Part shown: positions 34,417 to 46,449 of the stretch, in pieces
Layout of the letters: every line of letters begins with the position of its first letter
Numbering within the stretch: position 1 is the stretch's first letter
NCBI GenBank assembly: GCA_045592225.1
Contig: JAZNUH010000007.1
Span: 1-51,313, forward strand
Length of the DNA: 51,313 bases
Reading direction: 5' to 3'
Origin: Clostridia bacterium
GTDB taxonomy: Bacteria > Bacillota > Clostridia > UMGS1883 > UMGS1540
Program-made: the position numbers and the translations under genes
The notes under the pieces: model-generated
What the model was told of the DNA's origin: nothing
The model's database searches: none
Seen by the model: only the letters and a program-made list of their open reading frames with translations

Positions 34417-35003
34417 TATTTAGTCTCCTTTCTTTTGAGTTTAATAAAATTTATAATTCCAAGCAAAATACCAAGAGTTAAAAATCCGCCGGGAGCAAGT
34501 GTAATCATAAGGGCAGGATTGTCAAACAAATGATAACCTAAAATACTTCCGTTACCAAGTATTTCCCTGACCGATGAAATAAGAGAGAGGGAAAGCGTAA
34601 ACCCAAGCCCCATTCCAAGTCCGTCCATAGCCGATTTCATAACTCCGTTTTTGGAAGCAAAGGCTTCGGCGCGGGCGAGTATGATACAGTTTACAACAAT
34701 AAGCGGAATAAAAATGCCTAAAGTTTTTGAAAGCTCGGGCAAATATGCTTTGAGCAGCATTTCAATTGCCGACACAAAGCCCGCGATAATAACAATATAT
34801 GCCGCTATTCGTATTTTGGAGGGGATAAGCTTGCGAAGCAGCGATATAACAATGTTTGAGGCTACAAGTACAGCTGTTGCCGAAAGCCCCATACCAATGC
34901 CGTTTTCAAGTGAGGTTGTAACGGCAAGAGTAGGACACATACCAAGCAGAAGTACAAATGTGGGGTTTTCGGTTAAAAGACCGTTTTTGAATGTTTTAAA
35001 CAA
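34416..35003 (-). CDS. rnfE: Rnf complex subunit E
   Basis: 195 aa, RnfE/NqrD type (..NPTFVLLLGMCPTLAVT..). TTG start with an AAGGGGG RBS. Confidence 0.88.
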   Translation of the reverse strand: MFKTFKNGLLTENPTFVLLLGMCPTLAVTTSLENGIGMGLSATAVLVASNIVISLLRKLIPSKIRIAAYIVIIAGFVSAIEMLLKAYLPELSKTLGIFIPLIVVNCIILARAEAFASKNGVMKSAMDGLGMGLGFTLSLSLISSVREILGNGSILGYHLFDNPALMITLAPGGFLTLGILLGIINFIKLKRKETK

Positions 35004-35534
35004 TTATATAACCCCCTTTTCTTCTAATATTTCAAGTGCGGAGTTAACGCCGTTTACAACCGCGTTGCTTGTAATGGTAGCGCCGCTTATTGCAGAAATC
35101 TGACTGCTGTTTTCGGGTGTGGATTTTGTTACCGTTAAAGGCAACTGACCGCCGACGAAACCATCTGTAAAAGCAGGCTCGGCAGCTTTTGCACCAAGGC
35201 CAGCAGTTTCAGCGTGTGAAATAATGCGTATGCCGGCAACTGTTTTATCTGTGTTTATTCCGACAATCATATTTATTGCACCACCAAATCCGGAGGATTC
35301 AACAGATACGCAATAGCCAACCGTATCAGCACCTTTTTTGGCTGCGTAAATTCCGTCCCCCATATCCTCAAAAGAGTCAGCAGGGATTATTTCAGCACGT
35401 GCCTCATTTTCTGCACGCATGGTATTTTGTGCAATTATATCCTTTGTGAGAAGGTTTACTCCTGACAGCATAAGAGTTACAATCAGTGTAATTATACAAA
35501 GTATACCGCCAAGACGAAGAATTTCTTTAGCCAC
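35004..35534 (-). CDS. rnfG: Rnf complex subunit G (FMN-binding)
   Basis: 176 aa with an N-terminal anchor and the FMN-attachment motif ISGATITS. The GTG start overlaps the rnfD end. Confidence 0.88.
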   Translation of the reverse strand: MAKEILRLGGILCIITLIVTLMLSGVNLLTKDIIAQNTMRAENEARAEIIPADSFEDMGDGIYAAKKGADTVGYCVSVESSGFGGAINMIVGINTDKTVAGIRIISHAETAGLGAKAAEPAFTDGFVGGQLPLTVTKSTPENSSQISAISGATITSNAVVNGVNSALEILEEKGVI

Positions 35535-36468
35535 GCTTTGACACCTCCCCGTATTTTCTGGGTTTTATGAATCTGTCAATAAGAGGTGTTGCAATGTTCA
35601 TAAGGAGAATTGAATAGGACACACCCTCGGCATAACCGCCGTAAAGTCTTATTATTGAGGTTATAAGTCCGCAACCTATTGCGAATATAATCTGTCCTGT
35701 TGCGGTAACAGGTGAGGTTACATAATCGGTTGCCATGAATATAGCACCTAAAATCAATCCGCCGCCTAAAATATGTGTAAGTGCATATGTAACATCAAAT
35801 GACGATGTGATGAGCATAAAAACAAATACTGTTGCTACATAGAAAAGGGGAATTCGAACTGAAATCACCTTTCTTATAACAAGGTAAATGCCGCCGATAA
35901 TAAGTGCAGCTGCACAGGTTTCACCAATACATCCGCTCATATTTCCAAGGAACATATCAGTTAATGAAACAGTGTTTGCAGCACCGTTTTTAAGATTTTG
36001 CAAAACAGTTGCCGAACTTACTGCATCAGGAGTAAAGGGAGGAACAAAGTTTGTCATTGCCGCGGGCCATGAAGCCATTAAAAAGGCACGTGCTGCCAAT
36101 GCGGGATTTATAAAGTTATGTCCTATCCCGCCAAACAACTGTTTGACAATGATTATAGCGAAAACACCGCCCAGAGCCACTTGCCACAAGGGCATAGAGG
36201 AGGGGAGGTTAAATGCCAGAAGAATACCTGTGACAACGGCACTTAAATCACATACCGTTATTTTTTTATTGCATATTTTTTGCCATATTCCTTCAGAAAG
36301 CACACAGCTTATAACAGAAACCCCCGTGATGAGAGCAACTCTGTAACCAAAGTAATATATACCCGCCAAAAGGGCAGGAATGAGTGCAATTATAACATCA
36401 AGCATAATTGTGCTTGTAGTGGTCTTGCTTCTTATATGTGGTGAAGAAGAAACCAAAAGCTTTTCCAA
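35527..36468 (-). CDS. rnfD: Rnf complex subunit D
   Basis: 313-aa polytopic protein of the RnfD/NqrB type (..SSSPHIRS.., ..ATDYVTSP..). TTG start with a GGAGGG RBS. Confidence 0.9.
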   Translation of the reverse strand: MEKLLVSSSPHIRSKTTTSTIMLDVIIALIPALLAGIYYFGYRVALITGVSVISCVLSEGIWQKICNKKITVCDLSAVVTGILLAFNLPSSMPLWQVALGGVFAIIIVKQLFGGIGHNFINPALAARAFLMASWPAAMTNFVPPFTPDAVSSATVLQNLKNGAANTVSLTDMFLGNMSGCIGETCAAALIIGGIYLVIRKVISVRIPLFYVATVFVFMLITSSFDVTYALTHILGGGLILGAIFMATDYVTSPVTATGQIIFAIGCGLITSIIRLYGGYAEGVSYSILLMNIATPLIDRFIKPRKYGEVSKRG

Positions 36469-36481
36469 GATAAAACCCTCC

Positions 36482-37786
36482 TTATTTTCTGGCTTTCTTA
36501 GCTCGTATTTTTTGCTTGGCGAGTCTTATAGACTGAACAAGATGCCTGTTTGCGGGACAGGAATAAGTACACGAGCCACATTCAATACAATCCATTACGC
36601 CGTTCTTTTCGCACTTATCAAAGTCTCCCATATCGGAGTAAGCAAAAAGATTTAAGGGGAGCAGATGTATAGGACAGCCTGCTGCACATCTTCCGCAACG
36701 GATACAGTTTGTAGGTTCAGGAACAAGCGCAGTTTTTTCGTCAAACGCCAGAAGTGCACCTGTACCTTTTACAACCGGAATGTCAAGTGAACTGAGTGAA
36801 AGACCCATCATGGGACCACCCATAAGTATTTTTGCGGCAGGTTCTGTTAATCCGCCTGCTGCATCAATCAAATCTTGCATGGGCATTCCAAGACGCACCG
36901 AGAAGTTGCGCGGGGATTTTACAATGGGACCGGAAACGGTCACAATACGACGCACAAGTGGCATACCGCTTTCGTATGCACGGGCGATGGCTGTACAGGT
37001 GTCAACGTTTACAACAATAACACCAACATCCAGCGGCAGACCGCCGGAGGGAACCTGAAGACCTGTGATGGCATTAATCAACTGCTTTTCAGAGCCCTGG
37101 GGATATTTTGTTTTTAATACTTTTACCCTGATAGCTGTTCCAGTAGCGGCATTTTTGATGTTATTTATAGCCTCGGGTTTGTTTTCTTCAATAGCTATAA
37201 CGCATTTTTCTGCCTTAAGAGATGACATTATCTTTAAAAGACCGGAAACAACCTCGGCTGGTGTTTCGATCATAACCCTGTGGTCGCTTGTGAGATATGG
37301 TTCACATTCGGCACCGTTAACAATAATGTATTTTACCTTTTTGTCAGGCGGGGGTGAGAGCTTTATGTGAGTGGGAAAGCCTGCACCACCCATGCCGACA
37401 ATACCCGCTTTGCGAACAATGTCACACAAAGGCGCATCCTGCGCGGGGGGAGATACAGTTTCACAAATTTCGTCTTTATAGTCGTTTTTTATTACAACAC
37501 AGGTAACCATACTTCCGTTAGGTGTAAGGCGGGGTTCAATTGCAATAACTTCACCCGAAACCGAGGAATGGATGGGGCTCGACATAAAAGCATCGGAGTC
37601 GCCGATTTTTTGCCACATCTTGACCCGGTCACCTTTTTTAACAAGGGGTTCACAGGGGGCACCCAAGTGTTGCTGCATAGGAAAAACCATTATTTCCGCA
37701 GGCGGCAGAATACTTATTGGTATATCTCGTGTCTGTTCTTTGTGGTCGTGGGGATGAATGCCGCCACGAAATGTATATTTTTTCAA
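36482..37786 (-). CDS. rnfC: Rnf complex subunit C (NADH-binding, 2x4Fe-4S)
   Basis: 434 aa with FRGGIHP, GMGGAGFPTH, and CIRCGRCAAGCP and CIECGSCTYSCP clusters. TTG start with a GAGGTGA RBS. Confidence 0.92.
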   Translation of the reverse strand: MKKYTFRGGIHPHDHKEQTRDIPISILPPAEIMVFPMQQHLGAPCEPLVKKGDRVKMWQKIGDSDAFMSSPIHSSVSGEVIAIEPRLTPNGSMVTCVVIKNDYKDEICETVSPPAQDAPLCDIVRKAGIVGMGGAGFPTHIKLSPPPDKKVKYIIVNGAECEPYLTSDHRVMIETPAEVVSGLLKIMSSLKAEKCVIAIEENKPEAINNIKNAATGTAIRVKVLKTKYPQGSEKQLINAITGLQVPSGGLPLDVGVIVVNVDTCTAIARAYESGMPLVRRIVTVSGPIVKSPRNFSVRLGMPMQDLIDAAGGLTEPAAKILMGGPMMGLSLSSLDIPVVKGTGALLAFDEKTALVPEPTNCIRCGRCAAGCPIHLLPLNLFAYSDMGDFDKCEKNGVMDCIECGSCTYSCPANRHLVQSIRLAKQKIRAKKARK

Positions 37787-37814
37787 AGTTAAATCACCTC
37801 TTTGTCAACACTAT

Positions 37815-37843
37815 ATTATAAGATATTTATAAAAATTTTGCAA
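37815..37843 (-). promoter_or_regulatory. Sigma-A promoter for the rnf operon
   Basis: On the minus strand: TTGCAA (37843-37838), 17-nt spacer, TATAAT (37820-37815). Confidence 0.55.
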
Positions 37844-37964
37844 TGAATTTTAATAAATTAGTATACTTTTTGACAGATAAATGTGTAAATTAAGGTATAT
37901 TGACAAATGGTATTGAAAAAAGGGCGGAAATGTAGTATTATATACATGGCAAGGAGCTGATATT

Positions 37965-39242
37965 ATGAAAAGGATTATTTCGCTTGTACTTTCGTTTTTA
38001 TTGCTTTTTCCCTGTGTGGTAATTGCAGATACAAGTGGAGCAGGATATATAAAAATAGGACTGTTTTTCGGAAGTAGCGCAAAAAACAGTATTAAACTTA
38101 CGTCAGATGGCGGATTTGTTATAGGTCAGGGAGAGGATACATATTATTCGGCGGATATTACTCTTGACACAACAGAAATTACAGTTTCCAAATCTGCAGA
38201 CGGTGGTTTTGATGTAAACGGACAGGTTTATGCTCAAAAGGAAATAAGTATAAAGCCGATAGGCGAAAAAATTTCTGTCGATGGTGTATGGTACAGAGGG
38301 TTTATATATTTAAAAAGGCTTGACAACAGTGATATGACCGTTATAAACGTGGTTGACCTTGAAGAATATTTATATTCGGTAATTGGTCAGGAAATGTCAC
38401 CTTCATGGAATATTGAAGCACTCAAGGCGCAGGCAGTGTGTGCCAGAACATATGCTCTGAGAAACCTTGATACCTATAAATCATACGGTTTTAATTTGTG
38501 TACTACACAGAGAACGCAGGTTTATCTCGGTATAAAAAGTGAAACAGAGAGAACTATACGCGCAGTTGAAGAAACACGCGGTAAAACAGTGCGTTATAAT
38601 GGTGCACTCGCGGAAGTGTTTTATTTCTCATCAAGCGGCGGCAGAACCGCAAGCTCGAAGGATGTGTGGTTTGCAGATTTACCATACCTTAAAAGCGTAA
38701 ACGATATTTACGAAAACCCTTCGGAAGCCACAAGCTCAAGCTGGAGCGTTACTCTTTCGGCGGCTGACATCAAATCAAAGCTTTCGGCAAGAGGTGTGGA
38801 TATTGGAGATGTCACTTCGGTTAAAGTTACCGGTTACGGTGACGGCGGAATTGTAACAGAAACAACAGTTTATGGTACGCAGGGTGAGTACAAGGTTAAA
38901 AAAGACAGTAACCGCAGCTTTTTTGGTGCAAAAAGTCAGGACTTTGTAATTACCGGTATGTCAGGCGGACTTACAGATGTATACGGAAGCAGTGTATCAT
39001 CGGGCAGAAGAGTATTGTCGCATCTGGGTGAAAGTGAACTGGATGTGAATAATGTATCAATTCTTACAGAGAACGGAGTTATTACCCCTTCGATGATTTC
39101 GGGCGACAGCATAACTCTTACAGGTCATGGATGGGGACACAAGGTCGGTATGAGTCAATGGGGTGCCAAGGCTATGGCAGACCAGGGCTTTGGTTTTGAA
39201 GATATACTCAAGTTTTATTTTACAGGAGTGGATATAGGATAA
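37965..39242 (+). CDS. SpoIID/LytB-domain protein (sporulation lytic transglycosylase / amidase enhancer family)
   Basis: Signal peptide and SpoIID motifs: ..[32 protein letters not shown].., ..[12 protein letters not shown].., ..[15 protein letters not shown]... Confidence 0.85.
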   Translation: MKRIISLVLSFLLLFPCVVIADTSGAGYIKIGLFFGSSAKNSIKLTSDGGFVIGQGEDTYYSADITLDTTEITVSKSADGGFDVNGQVYAQKEISIKPIGEKISVDGVWYRGFIYLKRLDNSDMTVINVVDLEEYLYSVIGQEMSPSWNIEALKAQAVCARTYALRNLDTYKSYGFNLCTTQRTQVYLGIKSETERTIRAVEETRGKTVRYNGALAEVFYFSSSGGRTASSKDVWFADLPYLKSVNDIYENPSEATSSSWSVTLSAADIKSKLSARGVDIGDVTSVKVTGYGDGGIVTETTVYGTQGEYKVKKDSNRSFFGAKSQDFVITGMSGGLTDVYGSSVSSGRRVLSHLGESELDVNNVSILTENGVITPSMISGDSITLTGHGWGHKVGMSQWGAKAMADQGFGFEDILKFYFTGVDIG

Positions 39243-39243
39243 T

Positions 39244-41402
<2,159 letters not shown>

Positions 41403-41404
<2 letters not shown>

Positions 41405-41436
41405 AAAATGGGTGTAATTTTACACCCATTTTTTTA
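41403..41436. terminator. Bidirectional terminator shared by the convergent tgt and lexA genes
   Basis: AATGGGTGTA-ATTT-TACACCCATT stem, flanked by an A-run and a T-run. Confidence 0.75.
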
Positions 41437-42054
41437 TAACATTCTGTAAACGCCAATTACTTTTCCTAAAATAACCGCTTCGGTTGTGATAATTGGTTCC
41501 ATATAATCGTTTTCAGGCTGAAGACGTATATGTGTTTTTTCGTTGTAAAAGGTTTTGACAGTAGCCTCACCATCTATCATAGCCACTGCAATTTCACCAT
41601 TTGATACTGAAGGCTGTTTACTTACAATTACATAGTCGCCGTTGAGTATTCCTGCGTTTATCATGCTTTCACCACGTACCTTAAGCATAAATACATCCTT
41701 GTTATGTGCAAAATCCATAGGCAGGGGGAAGGTGCGCTGAACATTTTCCTCTGCGAGAATTGGTGTTCCTGCGGCAACATTACCTATAACCGGCACTTCC
41801 ATAAAGTTGTCAGAGGCTTCTGCCTTCTTTTTTGGGGAAGCTACGGTAACCGAACGGTTTTTGTGTGGGGCAGACTTAAGAATGCCCATGGCCTTCATCC
41901 TTGTAATGTAACCGTGCACGGTGGATGGGGAACTAAGACCTACTGCTTCACATATTTCTCTTACCGAGGGGTTGTAGCCCTGTTCCTCGGTGGTTTTTGT
42001 AATATAATCAAGTATTTCCTGTTGTTTCGGGGTAAGATTAGCTTTATCTGACAT
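41434..42054 (-). CDS. lexA: LexA repressor
   Basis: Winged-helix N-terminus (LTPKQQEILDYI..), an Ala-Gly cleavage region (VAAGTPI) and an S24 peptidase with VRGESM and ..KTF. GAGGTGA RBS. Confidence 0.93.
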   Translation of the reverse strand: MSDKANLTPKQQEILDYITKTTEEQGYNPSVREICEAVGLSSPSTVHGYITRMKAMGILKSAPHKNRSVTVASPKKKAEASDNFMEVPVIGNVAAGTPILAEENVQRTFPLPMDFAHNKDVFMLKVRGESMINAGILNGDYVIVSKQPSVSNGEIAVAMIDGEATVKTFYNEKTHIRLQPENDYMEPIITTEAVILGKVIGVYRML

Positions 42055-42073
42055 TTAAATCACCTCTGGAGGT

Positions 42074-42102
42074 ATTATATCATAAATAAAAGCATAATGC
42101 AA
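42074..42102 (-). promoter_or_regulatory. lexA promoter
   Basis: On the minus strand: TTGCAT (42102-42097), 17-nt spacer, TATAAT (42079-42074). Confidence 0.55.
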
Positions 42103-42113
42103 ACATTTGTTCG
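42100..42113. promoter_or_regulatory. LexA (Cheo/SOS) box overlapping the lexA -35
   Basis: CAAACATTTGTTCG compared with the Gram-positive consensus CGAAC-N4-GTTCG has one mismatch. The box abuts and overlaps the -35 hexamer. Confidence 0.6.
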
Positions 42114-42163
42114 GTAATTTTTAAAAAAAATTAAAAAAGGCATCATTTTTTTGAATTTAATAG

Positions 42164-42192
42164 TTGTTTTTACTTGCATTTTCCTGTATAAT
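42164..42192 (+). promoter_or_regulatory. Putative promoter for cysE-cysS-mrnC
   Basis: TTGTTT (42164-42169), 17-nt spacer, TATAAT (42187-42192). The leader to the ATG at 42225 is about 30 nt. Confidence 0.45.
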
Positions 42193-42224
42193 CGTATAGA
42201 ATATTAAAATTGAGGAGATATGCT

Positions 42225-42860
42225 ATGTTTAAAAACCTCAGATATGATATTAAAGCAATAATGGACAGAGACCCTGCCGCAACAAGTGCCGCACAGGTTT
42301 TTTTCCTGTATCCGGGACTATGGGCGGTTATATGGCATCGTCTGGCTCATTTTCTTTACAGGCATAAACGTTACTTTCTTGCACGTTGGGTTTCGCAAAC
42401 TGTAAGGCAGTTTACGGGAATTGAAATTCACCCCGGCGCAACAATAGGCAGAGGCTTGCTAATTGATCATGGTATGGGTGTTGTCATTGGTGAAACAGCC
42501 GAGGTAGGAGATAACGTAACAATTTATCAGGGAGTTACCTTGGGTGGTACCGGTAAGGATACGGGCAAACGTCATCCGACAATTGGTGACAACGTAATCA
42601 TCGGTGCCGGTGCAAAGGTTCTCGGACCCTTTACCGTTGGAGAAAATTCCAAAATTGCAGCTAATGCAGTGGTTTTAAACGAGGTGCTTCCCGGTTCAAC
42701 CTGCGTGGGTGTACCTGCAAGAATGGTTAAACGCAACAATGAGAGAATAAGCAGTCTGGACCATATTCATATGCCTGACCCTGTTTCGCAGGAGCTGTGC
42801 AGAATGCTTATAAGAATAGAAAAGCTTGAAAAGGAGATTCACAAAAATGAAGCTTTATAA
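42225..42860 (+). CDS. cysE: Serine O-acetyltransferase
   Basis: [19 protein letters not shown].., and hexapeptide repeats ..[44 protein letters not shown]... The ATG at 42225 follows a GAGGAG RBS. Confidence 0.9.
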   Translation: MFKNLRYDIKAIMDRDPAATSAAQVFFLYPGLWAVIWHRLAHFLYRHKRYFLARWVSQTVRQFTGIEIHPGATIGRGLLIDHGMGVVIGETAEVGDNVTIYQGVTLGGTGKDTGKRHPTIGDNVIIGAGAKVLGPFTVGENSKIAANAVVLNEVLPGSTCVGVPARMVKRNNERISSLDHIHMPDPVSQELCRMLIRIEKLEKEIHKNEAL

Positions 42861-44208
42861 TACGCTTACAAGAAGTAAACAGGAATTTGTGCCGGTAAAA
42901 CCGGGTGAGGTTTCAATGTACTCCTGCGGACCTACCGTTTATAATTTCTTTCATATAGGTAACGCACGCCCTTTTATAGTATTCGATACTCTGCGCAGAT
43001 ATTTTGAATACAAGGGTTATAAGGTTAACTTTGTACAGAATTTTACTGATGTTGACGATAAACTTATAAAACGCGCAGCAGAGGAAGAAATTACAGTGCC
43101 CGAGGTTGCTGAAAAGTATATTAAAGAGTATTTTACAGATGCTGAAGGTCTTGGTATTTGCAAAGCAACACACCATCCCAGAGCAACAGAGAACATTGAT
43201 GCAATTATTGAACTTGTAAAAACCCTGGTTGACAAAGGCTATGCTTATGAAGCAGACGGTGACGTTTATTTTGAAACAAAGCGTTTTGCTGATTACGGTA
43301 AACTCAGCCACCAGCCTTTAGATGAGCTTGAAGCAGGTGCAAGAATAGAGGTTGACGAAAGAAAACGTCATCCCATGGACTTTGCACTGTGGAAGAAGAA
43401 AAAAGAAGGTGAAATTGCCTGGGACAGCCCCTGGGGGGAAGGCAGACCCGGTTGGCATATTGAATGTTCTGCAATGGCAAACCGCTTCCTTGGTAAAACA
43501 ATAGATATCCACAGCGGTGGTAAAGACCTTATTTTCCCTCACCACGAAAACGAAATTGCACAGAGTGAGGCGGCAAACGGCGTACCCTTTGCTAACTTCT
43601 GGCTGCATAACGGTTATATAAATATAAATAACGAAAAGATGTCCAAATCCAAGGGCAACTTCTTCACAGTAAGAGATATAGCACAAAACTACGAGTATGA
43701 GGTTATAAGATTCTTTATGCTTTCTGCTCATTACAGAAGTCCCATTAACTTCAGTGACGAGCTTATGCAGGCTGCAAAAACAGGTCTTAAGCGCCTTTAT
43801 ACCTGCCGCGAAGCACTTGAAGGCTGCGGTGAGGGTGAAGTACCTGCAGAGGTTATTGCATTTAAGGATAAGTTTATTGCAGCTATGGACGACGACCTCA
43901 ACACCGCTGATGCTATTGCGGCAATGTTTGAGCTTACAAGATTTTTAAACAGCATGTCACCCGAAGACAAAAAGGCTTGTGGTGGCTCCTGTCTTAAAAT
44001 ATTTGACGAGCTTGCAGGTGTTCTGGGAATACTGCAGAACAAGGAAGAAGATGTGCTTGATGCGGAAATTGAAGACCTTATAGCACAAAGACAGCAGGCA
44101 CGACGTGATAAAGACTTTAAAAAGGCTGACGAAATCCGTGACCTTTTAAAATCAAAGGGTATAATTCTTGAAGATACCCGAGAGGGAGTTAAATGGAAAC
44201 GCGAGTAG
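42847..44208 (+). CDS. cysS: Cysteine--tRNA ligase
   Basis: MKLYNTLTR.., HIGNARP (HIGH-type motif), KMSKS, and Zn-binding CGPT / HIEC. It overlaps the cysE end by 14 nt. Confidence 0.93.
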   Translation: MKLYNTLTRSKQEFVPVKPGEVSMYSCGPTVYNFFHIGNARPFIVFDTLRRYFEYKGYKVNFVQNFTDVDDKLIKRAAEEEITVPEVAEKYIKEYFTDAEGLGICKATHHPRATENIDAIIELVKTLVDKGYAYEADGDVYFETKRFADYGKLSHQPLDELEAGARIEVDERKRHPMDFALWKKKKEGEIAWDSPWGEGRPGWHIECSAMANRFLGKTIDIHSGGKDLIFPHHENEIAQSEAANGVPFANFWLHNGYININNEKMSKSKGNFFTVRDIAQNYEYEVIRFFMLSAHYRSPINFSDELMQAAKTGLKRLYTCREALEGCGEGEVPAEVIAFKDKFIAAMDDDLNTADAIAAMFELTRFLNSMSPEDKKACGGSCLKIFDELAGVLGILQNKEEDVLDAEIEDLIAQRQQARRDKDFKKADEIRDLLKSKGIILEDTREGVKWKRE

Positions 44209-44594
44209 ATATAAAAACATATTCACCGCTTGTACTTGCATACATAGGTGATGCGGTTCATGAACTGTATGTAAGAGGAAGACTTGTGGCGGAAGCCAAT
44301 ATGCCGGTAAACCGTCTGCATACGGCTGCAACGGGGTATGTAAGCGCAAATGCACAATTTGAGGCATTTCATATAATTGAGGATGTACTTACAGAGGAAG
44401 AAATGGCAGTTTTCAAAAGGGGCAGAAATGCAAAAAGCCAGTCTGTTCCCAAAAATGCCGAGCTTTCCCACTACCGTATAGCAACAGGCTTTGAGGCGTT
44501 GCTTGGATATCTGCACATAAGCGGACAAGCCGACAGACTTGAGTTTATTCTCAAAGAAACCTTCGATAAAATGAAGGAACAAAAAGGATTATAA
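44193..44594 (+). CDS. mrnC: Mini-ribonuclease 3
   Basis: 133 aa, ..[18 protein letters not shown].. with a single RNase III catalytic domain. It sits in the classic position after cysS and overlaps it by 16 nt. Confidence 0.88.
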   Translation: METRVDIKTYSPLVLAYIGDAVHELYVRGRLVAEANMPVNRLHTAATGYVSANAQFEAFHIIEDVLTEEEMAVFKRGRNAKSQSVPKNAELSHYRIATGFEALLGYLHISGQADRLEFILKETFDKMKEQKGL

Positions 44595-44673
44595 TGTGCA
44601 GTCTTTATGGCTGACATATAATAAATTTAAAGGTTTTAATACTAATCATATAATAAGAAAGGGCTGAATTTTT

Positions 44674-45501
44674 ATGGAAAATTCCAAAAAGGAAATGCTT
44701 GCGAAAGTTGCTAACGAAATTCGCAAAGACATTGTCACAGAAGTACATGCAGCCGGCGCAGGACATCCCGGTGGTTCACTGGGTATTGCTGATATTCTGG
44801 CATATCTGTACTTTGAAGAAATGAACATCGATCCCAAGGATCCCAAAAAGGCTGACAGAGACAGATTTGTACTGTCCAAGGGTCATTGTGCACCCGCACT
44901 TTACGGCGCACTTGCTGAACGTGGCTACTTCCCCAAGGAAGACCTGCCCCTGTTCAGAAATGCTGACAGCTATCTCGAAGGTCACCCCGATATGAAGAAA
45001 ATCCCCGGTGTTGATATGTCCAGCGGTTCTCTTGGTCAGGGTATCTCTGCTGCATGCGGTATGGCTATGGCAGCAAAGGTTGACGGCAAGGATTACAGAG
45101 TTTACACAGTACTTGGTGACGGCGAACTTCAGGAAGGTCAGGTTTGGGAAGCTGCTATGTTCGCACCCCACTATAAGCTTGACAATTTAACAGCATTTGT
45201 TGACTTTAACGGTCTGCAGATTGACGGTGACATAACAAAGGTTATGAACCCCACACCCATTGACGAAAAGTTCAAGGCTTTCGGCTGGAACGTAATTATT
45301 ATTGATGCACATAACTTTGACGAAATTGAAGCTGCAGTTAATGCTGCTAAGGCAACAAAGGGTCAGCCCACAGTTGTTATTGCAAAGAGTATCAAGGGTA
45401 AGGGCGTTTCCTATATGGAAGGACAGGCTGGCTGGCACGGAACAGCACCTAACGACGAGCAGTATGCTCAGGCTATGAAGGAACTTGAGGAGGTTAAATA
45501 G
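44674..45501 (+). CDS. Transketolase, N-terminal (TPP-binding) subunit
   Basis: ..AGAGHPGGSLGIADIL.., ..GSLGQGIS.., ..GDGELQEGQVWEA... 275 aa, split-type transketolase. Confidence 0.9.
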   Translation: MENSKKEMLAKVANEIRKDIVTEVHAAGAGHPGGSLGIADILAYLYFEEMNIDPKDPKKADRDRFVLSKGHCAPALYGALAERGYFPKEDLPLFRNADSYLEGHPDMKKIPGVDMSSGSLGQGISAACGMAMAAKVDGKDYRVYTVLGDGELQEGQVWEAAMFAPHYKLDNLTAFVDFNGLQIDGDITKVMNPTPIDEKFKAFGWNVIIIDAHNFDEIEAAVNAAKATKGQPTVVIAKSIKGKGVSYMEGQAGWHGTAPNDEQYAQAMKELEEVK

Positions 45502-45502
45502 A

Positions 45503-46441
45503 ATGAGTGAGAAAAAAGCAACAAGAGAAGCTTACGGTGAAGCTTTAGCAGAGTTTGGTGCAAAATATGACTTTTTAGTACTGGACGCTGACTTATCAAA
45601 ATCCACAAAAACAGCTACATTTAAGAAAGAATTCCCTGAAAGATTTATAAATATGGGTATCGCAGAAGCTAACATGATGAGCGTTGCTGCAGGTATGGCT
45701 GCAAGCGGAAAAACAGTTTTCGCAAGCTCCTTTGCAATGTTTGCTTCAGGCAGAGCTTTTGAACAGATTAGAAACTCTATTGCATATCCCCATCTTAACG
45801 TTAAAATCGGCGCAACTCATGCAGGTATTTCTGTAGGTGAAGACGGTGCAACTCACCAGTGCCTCGAAGATATCGGTATCATGAGAACCCTGCCCGGTAT
45901 GACAATCATTAACCCTGCAGATGCTGTAGAAAGCCGCGCAGCTGTACAGGCAGCTATCGAGCATGACGGTCCTGTTTATATGAGATTTGGTCGTCTGGCA
46001 GTTCCCACAATCTTTGATAAGGAAACATATAAGTTTGAAATCGGTAAGGGTATCGTTCTCTCCGAAGGTACAGATGTTTCCATCATCGCTACAGGACTTT
46101 TAGTTCCCGAAGCTATCAAAGCTGGCGAAATGCTTAAAGAAAAGGGTATCAGCGCAGAAGTTATCAACATCCACACAATCAAGCCTATCGATGTTGAACT
46201 CATCACAAAGACAGCTAAAAAGACAGGTGCAGTTGTTACAGCAGAAGAACACAATATTATTGGCGGTCTCGGCAGTGCTGTTGCAGAAGTGCTTGTTGAA
46301 AATGCTCCTGTTCCTATGGAAAGAATAGGTACAAGAGACGTATTCGGTAAGAGCGGTAAGCCCGCACCCCTTCTCAAGAAGTTTGGTCTTACAGCTGAAG
46401 ATATTGTTGAAAAGGCACTTAGTGTAATAAAGAAAAAGTAG
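45503..46441 (+). CDS. Transketolase, C-terminal (pyrimidine-binding) subunit
   Basis: ..ATREAYGEAL..DADLSKST..GIAEANM..GATHQCLEDI... The ATG at 45503 lies 1 nt after the upstream stop, with a GGAGG RBS. Confidence 0.9.
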   Translation: MSEKKATREAYGEALAEFGAKYDFLVLDADLSKSTKTATFKKEFPERFINMGIAEANMMSVAAGMAASGKTVFASSFAMFASGRAFEQIRNSIAYPHLNVKIGATHAGISVGEDGATHQCLEDIGIMRTLPGMTIINPADAVESRAAVQAAIEHDGPVYMRFGRLAVPTIFDKETYKFEIGKGIVLSEGTDVSIIATGLLVPEAIKAGEMLKEKGISAEVINIHTIKPIDVELITKTAKKTGAVVTAEEHNIIGGLGSAVAEVLVENAPVPMERIGTRDVFGKSGKPAPLLKKFGLTAEDIVEKALSVIKKK

Positions 46442-46449
46442 GTTAAAAA

